From positions 682,001 through 746,000 of the forward strand of contig ML978125.1 of the NCBI GenBank assembly GCA_010015805.1: DNA of 64,000 nt. The letters are read 5' to 3'. This DNA comes from Rhizodiscina lignyota (taxonomy: Eukaryota). The translations under genes were made by a program, and so were the position numbers. The notes beneath the pieces were generated by a model. The model ran no database searches, was not told the origin of the DNA, and saw only the letters and a list, made by a program, of their open reading frames with translations. Shown in pieces: positions 62,249 through 64,000 of this stretch (its first letter is position 1; each line of letters opens with the position of its first letter).

Positions 62249-63460
62249 ATGACTTCATCTGAAGATTCGGCATCGACTTCAGTCTCCGAGGAAGAGCGAC
62301 TGGAGCTCTCTCTGAAAAATAGGCTTCGTAGGTTCGAAACGCTCATATACAGCAATATCACGCGTTAATTTACCACCGGACGCGTTTATAACAGGCAACT
62401 TGGCTGACATTTCTCGATATGAAATGGAAGATATTTTGGGAGAGGGCAGTAAGTCGCGTTCAATTCATCCTTCTTACCACATGGCTAACTAGGACTCTAA
62501 GCATACGGAGCAGTCTTTCGCGCTGTATCTCACGAGAGTAGAACAGTCGTCGCCTTGAAACAGATGCGTATCGCAGAAGCTCCACAGCAAGATGATACGA
62601 GCACAGCTCTTCGGGAACTCTCGATCCTCCGGACCATGAAACACGAGAACATAGTTAAAGTCACTGAGGTTGCTGCAAGTCCCAAAGAGCCAGAAGATAT
62701 TTACATGGTTATGGAATACTGCGAGAAGGACTTGGCTAGTCTCGTTGACGATGACGGAGTCTCATTTGATCTAGGGCAGGTCAAATGTATTGCACGCCAG
62801 CTCCTCCAGGGCATCGAATATCTGCATAGCAACAATATCATTCATCGAGATATCACCATGCAAAACCTCCTGCTTACAGCTGACGGTACGCTGAAAATTG
62901 GTGATTTTGGAACGGCTTGCGAGTTTTCGGGACGGCCGATGACGCCTAGACCAACGACGATTTGGTATCGAGCACCAGAACTGCTACTTTATACGGAGAA
63001 TTACGATCCATCAGTCGATACTTGGTCCGCCGGGCTCGTGATCGGAGAGATAATACTTGGGAGATCAGTTGTCGAAGGCGAATCAGACCTGGATCTCTTG
63101 ATAGAATGCGTCAAACTGTTGGGTACTCCTTCGTTGGATGATCTTGACGCATTAGAGCACATGGGGTGTCCGGAATTACGTCGCTGGAAGGACAGTTATC
63201 TCGCAAAAGGACAGCAAGATGACACGGAACGTCGACTCACAGAGAAGTCCAGTGACCTTACAGTGAAGTTCTTGCAGTGTTGCTGGCGCTGGAACCCGAG
63301 CTCCCGATTAACGGCTGCTGAGGCATTGGGGGAGGGCAGAGGCAGATCTGCTGAGCTTGCACAGGCATGGTGGAATGAGAGCCCACTGTCTGCGGATAAA
63401 ACGATGCTCTTGAACATCCCAGAACCCGCAACAGGATTCCGCTCTGCTGGATACCTCTAA
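62249..63460 (+). CDS. CMGC/CDK-like Ser/Thr kinase (divergent CDK10/11-like)
   Basis: Two introns give LGEGTYGAVF..VVALKQMR; helix STALRE, HRDITMQNLL, DFG, MTPRPTTIWYRAPELL. Confidence 0.85.
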
Positions 63461-64000
63461 CGGAATATGGATATCGCAGGAAAGTTGAAGAAACGCATCC
63501 AAAAAAAACAAAAAACCGCCCTGACGTCAACTTGCCGTCGCCTCTTAGCCAGCCCTCACCAGATATGGGACATTGAAGCTTGAGTTCCATGGTTGGCATG
63601 TTCCCGCCCCAATCACGAATCTCTGGCTGACATGAGTGCTTTCAACTTGGGGATCAGATCGGCAGGACGCATATACAGGCTTCTTAGAGTCAAGCGCCGA
63701 CGCATATAAGAATGATTACGGCCGGTATCTTTATTGGGTATAAGGTAGATGCCAGATGAAATCATTCTTAAGGCCTGGCTAGGGTGCTGGATCAATGTCC
63801 TAAGTAGGTAAAATGCGAAATTTAGAAGTTCACAAAGTATCGCACGTATGAATCTGCTTCAAGTGCAATCTGTATATGTATTGGCAGGCCAATCAAGACC
63901 TGCAGCTTCAAACAAGTTTCAAGAGCCTCAACGACTGCAGGGGGCCGCGTTCAAGATGGGCTTCGAAACGGGCCGAGAGCAGGCACAGAAGCTTAAAGCT

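Noticed and set aside
1..64000. tRNA, rRNA, snRNA, telomerase RNA, transposons, TGA-CTA readthrough signals
   Set aside because: No diagnostic motifs were noticed by eye; a formal tRNAscan-SE, Rfam and repeat search was not possible.

Overview
Gene-dense, intron-containing DNA from a filamentous ascomycete (Pezizomycotina-type GT..CTRAC..YAG introns; no bacterial, viral or CRISPR features). About 25 protein-coding genes can be reconstructed by hand. In order: TAP-like S33 hydrolase (runs off the left edge), NACHT-ankyrin NLR-like gene, Mid2/Wsc-like Ser/Thr-rich membrane protein, an unknown helical protein, NTR2 and SmG head-to-head, GH43 galactanase, TAM41, BIR1/survivin, HIS5, secreted large-subunit catalase, bleomycin hydrolase, a UBE2G1-type E2, a degenerate vWA-like protein, a small membrane protein, an Fts/AKTIP-like E2 variant, an MFS transporter, the purine regulator UaY, a JMJD5-like JmjC protein, GH29 fucosidase, a second MFS, an S10 carboxypeptidase, a split ankyrin gene, GET3 and an atypical CDK-like kinase. 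Most of this is ordinary housekeeping or metabolic content, and I cannot claim a new system with confidence. The best leads are: an ankyrin gene broken at an ATGA overlap that a 44-nt intron could repair in frame; the NLR; a CDK-like kinase with HRDxT in place of HRDxK; the vWA-like gene (GC-AG intron) between two UBC-fold genes; uORFs and a long intron in uaY; and several degenerate local duplications in 3' flanks. All family calls come from motif recognition, not database searches.
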